From the NCBI GenBank assembly GCA_017621655.1, contig JAGASS010000029.1, positions 6,477-70,476 of the forward strand: a stretch of DNA of 64,000 nucleotides. The letters run 5' to 3'. Positions within the stretch are counted from its first letter, which is position 1. Each line of letters opens with the position of its first letter. The DNA is from Clostridia bacterium. Its GTDB lineage: Bacteria; Bacillota; Clostridia; Oscillospirales; CAG-272. Under the pieces are notes generated by a model, which worked only from the letters and a program-made list of their open reading frames with translations, was not told the DNA's origin and did no database searches. The translations under genes and the position numbers were made by a program. Shown in pieces: positions 53,712 to 63,756 of the stretch.

Positions 53712-54257
53712 GTGGAAGAAAATCAGAACGAAATAGAAAAAGAAACGGCTGAAACGGCTGAAAAAACCGAGGAAAAGCCGAAAGACAAAAAGGAAAGCAA
53801 AAAAGAGGTCAAAAAGCTGACGGAGGAAAACGAAAAGCTGAATGAATCCCTAAGTGAGCTTACAGACCGATACACGAGAATGCTTGCAGAGTACGATAAC
53901 TTCCGCAAGCGCGCGCAGAAGGAAAGAGAAGGCGTGTATTTTGACGCAGTCTCCGACGTGATAAACGCGATCCTGCCGATAAAGGACAGTCTTGAGATGG
54001 CGATGAAATTCGCAGACGAAAGTCAGCTGTCGCAGGGCGTTACGATGACGCTTACAAAGTTCGGCGAGATCCTCACAAAGCTTGGCGTTGAGGAGTTCGG
54101 AAACATAGGCGAAGAGTTCGATCCGAATCTCCATAACGGCGTTCTCCACTGCGAGGACGACACCTTAGGAGAGCAAATTATTGCCGAAGTTCTCCAAAAA
54201 GGATATAAAAAAGGCGATAAAATCATAAGATACGCTATGGTAAAGGTAGCGAACTAA
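53712..54257 (+). CDS. grpE: Nucleotide exchange factor GrpE
   Basis: 181 aa, GTG start. [16 protein letters not shown] and the C-terminal beta domain [16 protein letters not shown]. Confidence 0.9.
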   Translation: MEENQNEIEKETAETAEKTEEKPKDKKESKKEVKKLTEENEKLNESLSELTDRYTRMLAEYDNFRKRAQKEREGVYFDAVSDVINAILPIKDSLEMAMKFADESQLSQGVTMTLTKFGEILTKLGVEEFGNIGEEFDPNLHNGVLHCEDDTLGEQIIAEVLQKGYKKGDKIIRYAMVKVAN

Positions 54258-54283
54258 TAAGTATATTTCAGGAGGAAATTATT

Positions 54284-56131
54284 ATGGAAAAGATCATAGG
54301 CATTGACCTTGGTACAACAAATTCTTGCGTAGCAGTTTACGAGGGCGGCGAGCCCATCGTCATCCCGAATCCCGAAGGAGCAAGAACTACTCCTTCCGTT
54401 GTCGCAGTAACGAAGACAGGTGAGCGAGTAGTCGGACAGGTTGCAAAGCGCCAGTCCATCACTAACCCCGATAAGACCGTAGCTTCCATCAAGCGTCACA
54501 TGGGTACCGATTATAAGGTATCTATCGACGGCAAGCAGTATACTCCTCAGGAGATCTCCGCAATGATTCTTCAGAAGCTTAAGGCGGATGCTGAGGCATA
54601 CCTCGGAATGAAGGTAAACAAGGCGGTAATCACCGTTCCCGCATACTTCTCCGACGCGCAGAGACAGGCAACCAAGGACGCAGGTAAGATCGCAGGACTT
54701 GAGGTCATGAGAATCATCAACGAGCCGACGGCTGCAGCTCTTGCTTACGGTATGGATAAGGAAGAGGATCAGAAGATCATGGTATTCGACCTCGGCGGCG
54801 GTACGTTCGACGTTTCGATCCTCGAAATTTCCGACGGCGTATTCGAGGTTCTTGCGACAAACGGCGACACCCGTCTCGGCGGTGACGACTTCGACCAGAG
54901 AGTTATCGACTGGATGGCAGATAAGTTCCGCGCAGAAAACGGCGTAGACCTCCGTAACGATAAGACAGTTCTTCAGCGTCTTAAGGATGCGGCTGAAAAA
55001 GCGAAGATCGAGCTTTCCGGTATGGCAAGCTCCAATATCAACCTCCCCTTCATCACCGCAACCGCAGAAGGACCTCTCCACTTCGATGCAACTCTGACGA
55101 GAGCCGAGTTCGACCGCATCACGGCTGACCTCGTTGAAAGATGTATGGTTCCGACCAAGAAGGCGCTTTCCGACGCAGGCATCAGCGTTTCGCAGATCGA
55201 TAAGGTGCTTCTCGTAGGCGGATCGACCCGTATTCCCGCAGTTCAGGAAGCAGTTAAGAAGTTTATCGGCAAGGAACCCTTCAAGGGCATCAACCCCGAC
55301 GAGTGCGTAGCAGTCGGCGCGGCTATTCAGGCAGGCGTTCTCGGCGGCGACGTTAAGGACCTTCTCCTTCTCGACGTTACTCCCCTTTCTCTCGGTATCG
55401 AGACTCTCGGCGGAGTTTGCACCAAGATAATTGACAGAAACACTACCATTCCCGTAAAGAAGAGCCAGGTATTCTCGACGGCTGCCGACGGTCAGACCTC
55501 AGTTGAGATCCACATTCTTCAGGGTGAAAGAGAAATGGCTGCAGGCAACACTACCCTCGGTCGCTTCCACCTCGACGGTATCCCCTCTGCACCCAGAGGC
55601 GTTCCGCAGATCGAGGTCACCTTCGATATAGATGCTAACGGTATCGTAAACGTTTCGGCTCAGGATAAGGGAACCGGTAAGGAACAGCATATCACCATCA
55701 CCTCTTCCTCCAACATGAGCAAGGAAGATATCGACCGCGCAGTCCGCGAGGCAGAGCAGTTTGCCGATGAGGACAGAAAGCTCAAGGAAGCAGTCGAGAT
55801 AAAGAATAAGGCGGATTCGCTTGTATTCCAGAGCGAAAAGACGTTGAGCGAGATCGGCGACAAGCTCCCCGAAGCTGACAAGGAAGAGGTCAAGACCGCG
55901 CTTGAGAAGCTCAAGGAGACCGTAAAGGGAACCGATACCGATGCTATCAAGGCAGACACCGAAGCACTTGAGCAGGCGTTCTACCGCCTCTCCGAGAAGC
56001 TCTACAAGGCACAGGGCGGAGATCCTAATGCGCAGGGCTTCGATCCTAACGCCGCACAGGGCGGCGCTCAGCAGGGCGACAACGGTCAGGGCTACTACAA
56101 CGCAGACTACGAAGACAAGACCGGAAACTAA
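54284..56131 (+). CDS. dnaK: Molecular chaperone DnaK (Hsp70)
   Basis: 615 aa. [18 protein letters not shown] and [11 protein letters not shown]. Confidence 0.97.
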   Translation: MEKIIGIDLGTTNSCVAVYEGGEPIVIPNPEGARTTPSVVAVTKTGERVVGQVAKRQSITNPDKTVASIKRHMGTDYKVSIDGKQYTPQEISAMILQKLKADAEAYLGMKVNKAVITVPAYFSDAQRQATKDAGKIAGLEVMRIINEPTAAALAYGMDKEEDQKIMVFDLGGGTFDVSILEISDGVFEVLATNGDTRLGGDDFDQRVIDWMADKFRAENGVDLRNDKTVLQRLKDAAEKAKIELSGMASSNINLPFITATAEGPLHFDATLTRAEFDRITADLVERCMVPTKKALSDAGISVSQIDKVLLVGGSTRIPAVQEAVKKFIGKEPFKGINPDECVAVGAAIQAGVLGGDVKDLLLLDVTPLSLGIETLGGVCTKIIDRNTTIPVKKSQVFSTAADGQTSVEIHILQGEREMAAGNTTLGRFHLDGIPSAPRGVPQIEVTFDIDANGIVNVSAQDKGTGKEQHITITSSSNMSKEDIDRAVREAEQFADEDRKLKEAVEIKNKADSLVFQSEKTLSEIGDKLPEADKEEVKTALEKLKETVKGTDTDAIKADTEALEQAFYRLSEKLYKAQGGDPNAQGFDPNAAQGGAQQGDNGQGYYNADYEDKTGN

Positions 56132-56145
56132 TTAAGATAACGGCT

Positions 56146-56180
56146 TATAGCCGAGAGGAAGATTTTTCCTCTCGGCTATA
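56146..56180 (+). other. 15-bp perfect stem-loop between dnaK and dnaJ (no T tract)
   Basis: TATAGCCGAGAGGAA-GATTT-TTCCTCTCGGCTATA. Probably an intercistronic processing/stability or partial-termination element. Confidence 0.6.
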
Positions 56181-56195
56181 ACGCGAGGAAGAGAA

Positions 56196-57326
56196 ATGGC
56201 AGATAAAAGAGACTATTACGAGGTGCTCGGCTTAAGCAAGAGTGCGTCGGACGACGAAATAAAAAAGGCGTACCGCAAGCTTGCGAAGAAGTATCACCCC
56301 GATATGAATCCCGGCGATAAGGCGGCAGAGGAAAGCTTCAAGGAAGTAAATGAAGCGTATGCGGTCCTTTCCGATCCCGATAAGAAGAGCAAGTACGACC
56401 AGTTCGGTCATTCTGCGTTCGATCCGTCAATGGGTGGAAGCGGCTTTGGCGGAGCGGGCTTCGGCGGCTTCGATTTCGGAGATATATTCAGCTCGATGTT
56501 CGGCGGCGGCTTTGGCGGTGGCGGCGGATCAAGCAGACGTAACGGTCCGATTCGCGGAGACGATCTTCAGTACCGTCTTACTTTGACCTTTGACGAAGCG
56601 TATTTCGGCTGTAAAAAGGATATTTCTTACGGACGCGTTGAAAAATGCTCCGACTGCGGCGGAAGCGGTGCAAGCAAGGGTACAAGCCCCGAGATCTGCC
56701 CTAACTGCGGAGGCAGAGGTCAGGTCAATACGACACAGAGAACCCCCTTCGGCGTTTTCCAGAGCACGACGACCTGCGATACCTGTCGCGGAACGGGTAA
56801 GATAGTAAAGAATCCCTGTAAAAACTGTAACGGCAAGGGCTACGTGAAGATACAGAAGAAGCTCACCGTAACCATCCCTGCGGGAATAGATAACGGCGAG
56901 ACCTTGCGTGTAACGGGACAGGGTAACGATGGACGTAACGGCGGAAGCGCAGGCGACCTTTACGTAACGGTCAACGTCCGTCCTCATCAGATATTCGAGC
57001 GTGAGGGTACGACCCTTTTCTGCGAGATACCGATAACCTTCGTTGAGGCGGCGCTCGGCTCTGAGATAGACGTTCCGACGATGACGGGAAGCGTCAAATT
57101 TAACATACCCGAGGGAACTCAGACGGGAACGCGCTTTACCGTTAAGGGCGAGGGCGTAGTATCTCCCCGTAACGGCAGAAAGGGCGACCTCGTATTCGAG
57201 ACTACCGTTGAGATTCCGAGGAATCTGAACGAAAAGCAAAAGGAAGCGCTTCGCGCATTCGCAGAGGAATGCGGACAGAAAAATTATCAGAAGAAGCAGT
57301 CCTTCTTCAAGAAATCCAAAAAATGA
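56196..57326 (+). CDS. dnaJ: Co-chaperone DnaJ
   Basis: 376 aa. J domain with HPD, a G/F-rich region, and four CxxCxGxG zinc motifs. Confidence 0.95.
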   Translation: MADKRDYYEVLGLSKSASDDEIKKAYRKLAKKYHPDMNPGDKAAEESFKEVNEAYAVLSDPDKKSKYDQFGHSAFDPSMGGSGFGGAGFGGFDFGDIFSSMFGGGFGGGGGSSRRNGPIRGDDLQYRLTLTFDEAYFGCKKDISYGRVEKCSDCGGSGASKGTSPEICPNCGGRGQVNTTQRTPFGVFQSTTTCDTCRGTGKIVKNPCKNCNGKGYVKIQKKLTVTIPAGIDNGETLRVTGQGNDGRNGGSAGDLYVTVNVRPHQIFEREGTTLFCEIPITFVEAALGSEIDVPTMTGSVKFNIPEGTQTGTRFTVKGEGVVSPRNGRKGDLVFETTVEIPRNLNEKQKEALRAFAEECGQKNYQKKQSFFKKSKK

Positions 57327-57378
57327 GCAGAGCCGAGAGGAGCAAGATCCCCTCGGCAAACTGCGTTAAGGAAATATT

Positions 57379-58299
57379 ATGAATAATTGGACACAAATAA
57401 GAGTTGCGTGCGGAATCAAGGACCTTGATAACGTCTGCGCGGTAATGAGCATGATAGATAACGGACTCATGATCGAGGACGCAAACGAGGTCGATACCCT
57501 TGACCACTGCTACGGTGAGCTTATCGACGAGTCGCTGATAAATGCCGACAGAACAGTAGGCGCGGTCAGTGTCTATATCCCCGACGAGAGAAACCCTGCG
57601 GAGTGCGTTTCCTTTATCAAGGAGCATCTGACGGGAATCGAATATGACCTCACTCTTTCGGGAATGAAGGAGGAGGACTGGGCCGATTCCTGGAAGAAGT
57701 ACTATAAGCCCGTCAGGATCGGAAAGAAGCTTATCGTCGTTCCGAGCTGGGAGGAATACGAAGCCGATGAAAACGACATCGTTCTGCGTATGGATCCCGG
57801 AATGGCTTTCGGTACGGGAACTCACGAGACGACGCGCCTTTGCTCTCTGCTTATGGAGGAATACATAAAAGAGGGTGACCGTGTGCTTGACATCGGTACG
57901 GGAAGCGGAATACTTGCTATCGCCGCATCAAAGCTCGGCGCAGGAAAGGTATATGCTTACGACATCGACCCCGTTGCAATCAAGGTAGCTGAAGAAAACT
58001 GCCTCTTTAACGGCTGTGAAAACATCGTATGCGGAATTGCAGACCTTCTCCGTGGCGTGGATACCGAGGAAAAATATGATTTCGTGTCGGCAAATATCGT
58101 AGCAGACATTCTCGTGCGCCTCGCGCCCGACGTGGCAAGCTATATGAAGGACGGCGGACTTATTGCCGTATCGGGAATAATAGACTCTCAGGAAGAAAGA
58201 GTAAAGGATGCCTTGATAAAGGGCGGACTTACCTATATAAAGACCGTAGAGGAAAACGACTGGAACGCAATGATGTTCGTAAAGGACGGTAAAAACTGA
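57379..58299 (+). CDS. prmA: Ribosomal protein L11 methyltransferase
   Basis: 306 aa. MAFGTGTHETT and LDIGTGSGILAI. Canonical position after dnaJ. Confidence 0.9.
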   Translation: MNNWTQIRVACGIKDLDNVCAVMSMIDNGLMIEDANEVDTLDHCYGELIDESLINADRTVGAVSVYIPDERNPAECVSFIKEHLTGIEYDLTLSGMKEEDWADSWKKYYKPVRIGKKLIVVPSWEEYEADENDIVLRMDPGMAFGTGTHETTRLCSLLMEEYIKEGDRVLDIGTGSGILAIAASKLGAGKVYAYDIDPVAIKVAEENCLFNGCENIVCGIADLLRGVDTEEKYDFVSANIVADILVRLAPDVASYMKDGGLIAVSGIIDSQEERVKDALIKGGLTYIKTVEENDWNAMMFVKDGKN

Positions 58300-58300
58300 T

Positions 58301-59242
58301 ATGAATACACAGCATTTTAAGTACGCTCTCGAGGTCGAAAAGACCGGCTCGATAACTCAGGCGGCGGAAAATCTCTTTATGGGACAGCCGAATCTGTCAA
58401 AATCCATAAAGGAGCTTGAGGACACGCTCGGTATCGAGATATTCAAGCGCACCTCTCGCGGCGTCGTTCCTACCGATAAGGGACAGGAATTTCTTCGCTA
58501 CGCGAAAAATATCCTCTCGCAGATAGACGAAATGCAGTCCATCTGCCGCGATAAGGACCCCGATATGCAGAGCTTCAACGTCTGCGTACCGCGCGGAAGC
58601 TACGCGTCGGTCGCGGCGAGAGAGTTCGTAGCTTCTCTTGACGATGGCAAGCCGATAGACGTAAATCTCGGTGAAACGACGTCGATAGACGGCGTTAACA
58701 TGGTTTCGGACGGCATCTTTACCCTCGGCGTTATCCGCTATCAGACGCAGTATGAGCCGTATTTTGCCGATTTTTGCCGCGATAAAGGACTTAAATGCGA
58801 AACCGTCTGGGAATTTGAAAGTCTTGCGCTCATGTCGGAAAAGCATCCACTTGCGGACAGAAGCAAGCTCTCGCTTTCCGATTTTGCACCGTACGTCGAA
58901 ATAACGCACGGCGACTGTAACGTGCCGTATATAAACGTCGCGCAGGCAGAGAACCTTTCCCTCAATCTTTCGAGCAAAAAGGTCGTAAACCTTTACAAGG
59001 GAACAAGCCCCTTCCTTATGCTCTCGACGATGACTTCGTCGTTCATGTGGGTGTCTCCGATGCCCGAAAGTATACTTAAGCGTTACGGTCTCGTTCAGAA
59101 GGAATGCAACGCACCGGCACACAAGTATAAGGACGTTATGATAACGAGAGAGGGAACGAAGCTTTCCGATCTTGACAGACGATTTATCGACAAGCTATAT
59201 GAGCTGAAGAACATGGTAGCTTTCGGTAGATTATATAATTAA
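58301..59242 (+). CDS. LysR-family transcriptional regulator
   Basis: 313 aa. The N-terminal HTH is FKYALEVEKTGSITQAAENLFMGQPNLSKSIKELEDTLGIEIFKR. Confidence 0.85.
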   Translation: MNTQHFKYALEVEKTGSITQAAENLFMGQPNLSKSIKELEDTLGIEIFKRTSRGVVPTDKGQEFLRYAKNILSQIDEMQSICRDKDPDMQSFNVCVPRGSYASVAAREFVASLDDGKPIDVNLGETTSIDGVNMVSDGIFTLGVIRYQTQYEPYFADFCRDKGLKCETVWEFESLALMSEKHPLADRSKLSLSDFAPYVEITHGDCNVPYINVAQAENLSLNLSSKKVVNLYKGTSPFLMLSTMTSSFMWVSPMPESILKRYGLVQKECNAPAHKYKDVMITREGTKLSDLDRRFIDKLYELKNMVAFGRLYN

Positions 59243-59260
59243 TAGAATATATTTTTGTGA

Positions 59261-59300
59261 AAAAAGCAGATACCTAACATTTTTGGTATCTGCTTTTTTG
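59261..59300. terminator. Bidirectional intrinsic terminator
   Basis: AAAAAAGCAGATACC-loop-GGTATCTGCTTTTTT. Confidence 0.85.
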
Positions 59301-59483
59301 CATAACAGCATTCCTTAAACGAATGGTAAAAAACGGGCAAATTATCGCAATTTTACACTATGAATCGAAAAATGCCCCGCCTCAGCTCTGTTTTTATCAC
59401 GAAATCAGTGAAAACAGGTAAAATGAAGCCGAAATTGCAAGAAATTAATTCGATAAAAAAATATCGGTATTCCCGATTTGCTC

Positions 59484-59512
59484 TTGAATTCATATGAATA
59501 ATTTGATATACT
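59484..59512 (+). promoter_or_regulatory. Candidate promoter of the dehydrogenase-fumC unit with an embedded perfect palindrome
   Basis: TTGAAT (59484-59489), 17-nt spacer, TATACT (59507-59512). ATTCATATGAAT (59488-59499) overlaps the -35 and spacer. Confidence 0.5.
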
Positions 59513-59551
59513 TATGATGTAATATTGTTTTTTTGAAGGGAATTAATTTCA

Positions 59552-60496
59552 ATGGGAAGAAAAGTTACGATAATCGGTGCCGGATCGGTCGGTGCGACAA
59601 TAGCATATACCCTGGCGGTAAGCGGTAACGCGTCGGAGGTGGTGCTTATAGACATCAACGAGCAAAAGGCATTTGGCGAAGCGATGGATATAAGACAGGG
59701 CGCGCCCTTTACGCCGCCTATCAATATCTACTCGGGCGATTATCCCGACGCGAAGAATTCTGACATCGTCATAATAACGTCAGGAATTGCGCGCCGTCCG
59801 GGACAGTCGCGTCTCGACCTCGCGCAGACGAACGTTGACATAATAAAGAGCATAATTCCCAGAATAACCTCGGTAGCGCCGAATGCGGTGTATATCCTGG
59901 TAAGTAACCCTGTTGATATACTGACGTACGTTTTCTGCCGTTGCTCGGGACTTCCCGAAAAGCAGATAATCGGTACGGGAGCGCTGCTTGATACCGCACG
60001 TCTTCGCTCACGTATTGCAGAGACATTCTCTATCAGCATGCAGAACGTACACGCAAGCGTTTTCGGCGAGCATGGTGATTCGTCCTTCGTTCCGTGGTCG
60101 CTTGCGACAATTTCGGGAACTCCTATCGATATGTACGCACAGTCTAAGGGACTTGAGGTTGACGGCTCTGGCTTTAACCACGACGAGATCGAGGAGTACG
60201 TAAGAAAGTCCGGCTCGACGATAATCACGGCAAAGGGCGCGACCTATTACGCTATCGCTCTTACCGTTAACCAGATCTGCTCCTGCGTCTTCCGCGGAAT
60301 AGACACTGCGATTTCGGTATCTACGATGATGAACGGCGAATACGGAATAAACGACGTTTGCCTTTCTATCCTTTCGATAGTCGGACGCGGCGGCGTGAAC
60401 GGAAAGCTTATTTCTCCGCTTACAGAGGAGGAAGTTGCAAAGCTTCATTACAGCGCAGGCAAGTTAAGAGAAGTAATAGATCAGCTTAGAATATAA
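59552..60496 (+). CDS. L-lactate/malate dehydrogenase family protein (LDH-type scaffold with Arg at the substrate-specificity position)
   Basis: 314 aa. [26 protein letters not shown] and GEHGDS. Arg (59792-59794) sits where canonical LDH has Gln102. Confidence 0.8.
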   Translation: MGRKVTIIGAGSVGATIAYTLAVSGNASEVVLIDINEQKAFGEAMDIRQGAPFTPPINIYSGDYPDAKNSDIVIITSGIARRPGQSRLDLAQTNVDIIKSIIPRITSVAPNAVYILVSNPVDILTYVFCRCSGLPEKQIIGTGALLDTARLRSRIAETFSISMQNVHASVFGEHGDSSFVPWSLATISGTPIDMYAQSKGLEVDGSGFNHDEIEEYVRKSGSTIITAKGATYYAIALTVNQICSCVFRGIDTAISVSTMMNGEYGINDVCLSILSIVGRGGVNGKLISPLTEEEVAKLHYSAGKLREVIDQLRI

Positions 60497-60507
60497 GAGG
60501 TGAAAAA

Positions 60508-61884
60508 ATGGAATACCGTATAGAACACGATTCGATGGGCGAGGTCAAGGTACCTGCCGATAAATACTGGGGCGCGCAAACGCAGAGAAGCTCCGAGAAC
60601 TTCCGTATCGGAGTAGGTAACGAGGTCATGCCCCGTGAGATAACTCACGCATTCGGAATACTTAAAAAGGCGGCGGCTATCGCTAATGCCTCTCTCAAGC
60701 CCGAGAAAATGACGGAAGAAAAGCTCGACGCAATAAAAAAGGCGTGTGACGAGGTCATCTCGGGATCGCTGAACGAGCATTTCCCCCTTGTCGTATGGCA
60801 GACTGGAAGCGGAACGCAGTCGAATATGAACGCGAACGAGGTAATTGCTAACCGCGGAAACGAGATCGCGGGCAAGAAGCTTCTTCACCCGAACGACGAT
60901 ATAAATATGTCGCAGTCGTCGAACGACACCTTCCCGACCGCGATGCACATCTCGGCAGTTCTTGAGATCGAAAATAAGCTTCTCCCCTCGATCGATACCC
61001 TTATCAATACCTTCGAGCGTCTCGAAAAGGAAAACGAGGACGCAGTCAAGTGCGGAAGAACACATCTTCAGGACGCAACTCCCATCAAGTTCTCACAGGA
61101 GATAAGTGGCTGGAGAAGCAGTCTTATCCGCGATAGAGAAATGATAGTTATGGCGCTCAAGCCCCTTTACGAGCTTGCTCTCGGCGGTACGGCAGTCGGA
61201 ACGGGACTTAACGCTCCCAAGGGCTTCTCGGAAGCAGTTGCAAAGGCGGTAGCCGAGCTTACGGGTAAACCCTTCGTCACCGCCCCCAATAAATTCCACG
61301 CACTTACGTCAAAAGACGAGCTGGTATTTGCACACGGCGCACTCAAGGCGCTCGCTTGCGATATGATGAAGATAGCGAACGACGTTCGTTGGCTCGCATC
61401 GGGTCCGCGTGACGGTCTCGGCGAGATATTCATTCCCGAAAACGAGCCGGGATCATCTATAATGCCCGGTAAAGTCAATCCCACTCAGTGCGAGGCGGTC
61501 ACAATGGTGGCTGTTCAGGTAATGGGTAACGACGTTGCAGTCGGCATGGCGGCATCGCAGGGTAATTTTGAATTGAACGTCTTTATGCCGGTCTGCATCT
61601 ACAACTTCCTTCAGTCAGTAAGACTTCTTGCCGACAGTATCCTTTCCTTCAATAACAACTGTGCGGTCGGCATCAAGGCGAACAGAGAGAAGATGGCACA
61701 CAATCTGCATAATTCTCTTATGCTCGTAACCGCGCTCAACCCCTATATCGGTTACGAAAACGCCGCAAAGACTGCAAAAAAGGCGTATAAGGATAACATT
61801 TCGCTTAAGGAAGCGTGTGTTGAGCTTGGATTCCTCACTCCCGAACGCTTCGACGAGGTCTTCCACCCCGAGAATATGGTGTGA
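60508..61884 (+). CDS. fumC: Class II fumarate hydratase
   Basis: 458 aa. Signature [16 protein letters not shown], with [10 protein letters not shown] and SSNDTFPTA. Confidence 0.95.
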   Translation: MEYRIEHDSMGEVKVPADKYWGAQTQRSSENFRIGVGNEVMPREITHAFGILKKAAAIANASLKPEKMTEEKLDAIKKACDEVISGSLNEHFPLVVWQTGSGTQSNMNANEVIANRGNEIAGKKLLHPNDDINMSQSSNDTFPTAMHISAVLEIENKLLPSIDTLINTFERLEKENEDAVKCGRTHLQDATPIKFSQEISGWRSSLIRDREMIVMALKPLYELALGGTAVGTGLNAPKGFSEAVAKAVAELTGKPFVTAPNKFHALTSKDELVFAHGALKALACDMMKIANDVRWLASGPRDGLGEIFIPENEPGSSIMPGKVNPTQCEAVTMVAVQVMGNDVAVGMAASQGNFELNVFMPVCIYNFLQSVRLLADSILSFNNNCAVGIKANREKMAHNLHNSLMLVTALNPYIGYENAAKTAKKAYKDNISLKEACVELGFLTPERFDEVFHPENMV

Positions 61885-61885
61885 G

Positions 61886-62012
61886 TTTTCCGCATTTCTT
61901 TGTTCGGACAAAGAAACGCTCGCAAAGAAAACCGCCAAGGGGCAAACCGATGAAAATTTGCTTTCGCAAATTTTCACACGTTTTCCCCTTTGGATACCCC
62001 TTTCGGTTTAGG
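61886..62012 (-). repeat. Module A repeat, copy 3 (inverted; starts 2 nt after the fumC stop)
   Basis: The reverse complement reads CCTAAACCGAAAGGGG..CCAAAGGGGAAAACGTGTGAAAATTTGC-GAAA-GCAAATTTTCATCGGTTTGCCCCTTGGCGG... It lacks the GGTTTGCGAAGCAAAAC sub-hairpin. Confidence 0.8.
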
Positions 62013-62046
62013 AAGCTTCGCCACGTTAATTGTAGGGACCGGCAAC

Positions 62047-62090
62047 CTCGGAACCCCCAAAACTCGCATTCGCTCGTTTCGGGGAACCCC
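62047..62090 (+). repeat. Module E 44-nt repeat, copy 1
   Basis: CTCGGAACCCCCAAAACTCGCATTCGCTCGTTTCGGGGAACCCC. One mismatch versus 63640..63683. Confidence 0.8.
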
Positions 62091-62123
62091 CGCCCGACGG
62101 TCCGTTGTCCCCACGATATTGTA

Positions 62124-62146
62124 GGGGGCGACGTCCTCGACGCCCC
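62124..62146 (+). repeat. Hairpin module C
   Basis: GGGGGCG-ACGTCCTCGA-CGCCCC. Confidence 0.6.
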
Positions 62147-62244
62147 GTTATACGGTGAGGATTTTTAATACGAAAAAGATAAACTGCCTATTATATAGGC
62201 GGCGCAAAAAATGATTCCCAAACAAACACAAAAAGGAAAAAACT

Positions 62245-63027
62245 ATGACATACAGTTATTATCCCGGCTGTACTCTTAAAACCAAAGCAAAGGAGCTTGA
62301 CAGAAGTGCGCGTCTGTGTGCTGAGGCACTTGGCGCGAACTTGCGCGAGCTTGATAATTGGCAGTGCTGCGGCGGCGCATATACCGCGTCGAGCGACGAA
62401 ATTGCAACCAAGCTTTCCTCCGTCCGCGCTCTTCTTGAAGCAGAGAGCAGAGAAGAGGACATAATCACTCTTTGCTCCGCTTGCCATAACGTGCTTAAAA
62501 GAGTAAGAAACGACCTAACAAACGACGCGAATTTTGCGTTCAAGGTCAATAATTACGTAAAGCCCGAAAAGCCGTTTGAGGGCAAAACGAAGGTTATACA
62601 TTTTCTTGAATTTCTCCGCGACGAGATTGGCTTTGACAACCTGCGCGAAAAGGTCGTAAATCCCTTTACTGGCAAGAAGATCGCGGCTTATTACGGTTGC
62701 TTGCTCCTCCGTCCTTCGGGCGTTATGGATATGGACGATCCCGAAAATCCGAAGATCCTTGAGGACTTCATACGCGCTATCGGCGGCGAGCCGGTAATGT
62801 ATCCGTACAGAAACGAATGCTGCGGCGGATACGTTGCCCTTGAAGATAAGTCGGCAACGGTAAAGAAGAGCGAAAAGATCGTCGCGTCGGCAGACGGCTT
62901 CGGCGCGGATATTATTATCACCGCGTGTCCGCTTTGCTTATATAACCTCGAAAGCGCAAAGGGAGAGAGCGAAGTAAAATACTTTACCGAGCTACTCGCT
63001 GTCGCTCTTGGCATCAAGGAGGCGTGA
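62245..63027 (+). CDS. hdrB: Heterodisulfide reductase subunit B-like protein (two CCG domains)
   Basis: 260 aa. YYPGCTL, NWQCCGG, NECCGGY and ITACPLC. Confidence 0.75.
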   Translation: MTYSYYPGCTLKTKAKELDRSARLCAEALGANLRELDNWQCCGGAYTASSDEIATKLSSVRALLEAESREEDIITLCSACHNVLKRVRNDLTNDANFAFKVNNYVKPEKPFEGKTKVIHFLEFLRDEIGFDNLREKVVNPFTGKKIAAYYGCLLLRPSGVMDMDDPENPKILEDFIRAIGGEPVMYPYRNECCGGYVALEDKSATVKKSEKIVASADGFGADIIITACPLCLYNLESAKGESEVKYFTELLAVALGIKEA

Positions 63028-63407
63028 ATATGGATCTCAAAGAACAAGTTCTTATAATGAGTGGCGTCGACGTCCGTAAGTGTATGGCTTGCGGAAAATG
63101 CTCGGGCGCGTGTCCGTCGTATAACGAGATGGATTATCATCCTCATCAGTTCGTCTCGATGGTCAAAAAGGGAAACATCGAGCCGCTTATGAAGTCGGAA
63201 TCGGTATATAAATGCCTGACCTGCTACGCGTGCATCGAAAGATGTCCTCGCGGCGTCGAGCCGGCAAAGCTTATCGAGGCAATTCGCCTTCTCGCGGTCC
63301 GTCCGCAGGGAAGTAATCACATCAAGGCAGACGATATTCCGTCGCTTCTTGATCCCGAGCTTCCCCAGCAGGCGATCGTAACGGCATTCCGTAAGTATAG
63401 TAAATAA
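63024..63407 (+). CDS. hdrC: Heterodisulfide reductase subunit C-like 4Fe-4S dicluster protein
   Basis: 127 aa. CMACGKCSGACP and CLTCYACIERCP. GTGA overlap (GTG start) with hdrB. Confidence 0.75.
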   Translation: MNMDLKEQVLIMSGVDVRKCMACGKCSGACPSYNEMDYHPHQFVSMVKKGNIEPLMKSESVYKCLTCYACIERCPRGVEPAKLIEAIRLLAVRPQGSNHIKADDIPSLLDPELPQQAIVTAFRKYSK

Positions 63408-63453
63408 TAAACTACTATCTTTTATCTACGAAGGTAGATTGGACGCAAATATG

Positions 63454-63500
63454 CCTTCTCCAGCGGGAGAAGGTGTCGGCGAAAGCCGACGGATGAGGTG
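63454..63500 (+). repeat. Hairpin module D, short variant
   Basis: CCTTCTCC-AGCG-GGAGAAGG-TGTC-GGC-GAAA-GCC-GAC-GGATGAGGTG. The following CCTCATCC pairs with GGATGAGG. Confidence 0.65.
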
Positions 63501-63569
63501 TCTATGTTGGGAATTTACTCCTCATCCACCGCTCAGTAGTTTTCGCTACGCGAAACCTACCGCGGTCCC

Positions 63570-63589
63570 CCTTCTCCCTCAGGAGAAGG
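63570..63589 (+). repeat. Hairpin module D, stem-loop only
   Basis: CCTTCTCC-CTCA-GGAGAAGG. Confidence 0.55.
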
Positions 63590-63639
63590 TACGACAGCGC
63601 CCCGATAATCAGGTGTGTTGTTGGTAGGGGAGGGGTTTG

Positions 63640-63683
63640 CTCGGAACCCCCAAAACTCGCGTTCGCTCGTTTCGGGGAACCCC
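63640..63683 (+). repeat. Module E 44-nt repeat, copy 2
   Basis: CTCGGAACCCCCAAAACTCGCGTTCGCTCGTTTCGGGGAACCCC. Confidence 0.8.
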
Positions 63684-63756
63684 ACGCGCTCCTCCCGCAA
63701 AAGCATTTGAAAATTAGCACTAACCCCATAACAATCAGTCCGAAAGGAATAAGAAA

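Noticed and set aside
59254-59499. Rex operator upstream of the LDH-type gene (TTGTGAA at about 59254 and the palindrome ATTCATATGAAT)
   Set aside because: Neither matches the TTGTGAA-N6-TTCACAA / TTGTTAA-N4-TTAACAA type Rex consensus as a full inverted repeat. The palindrome is kept only as an unassigned operator candidate.
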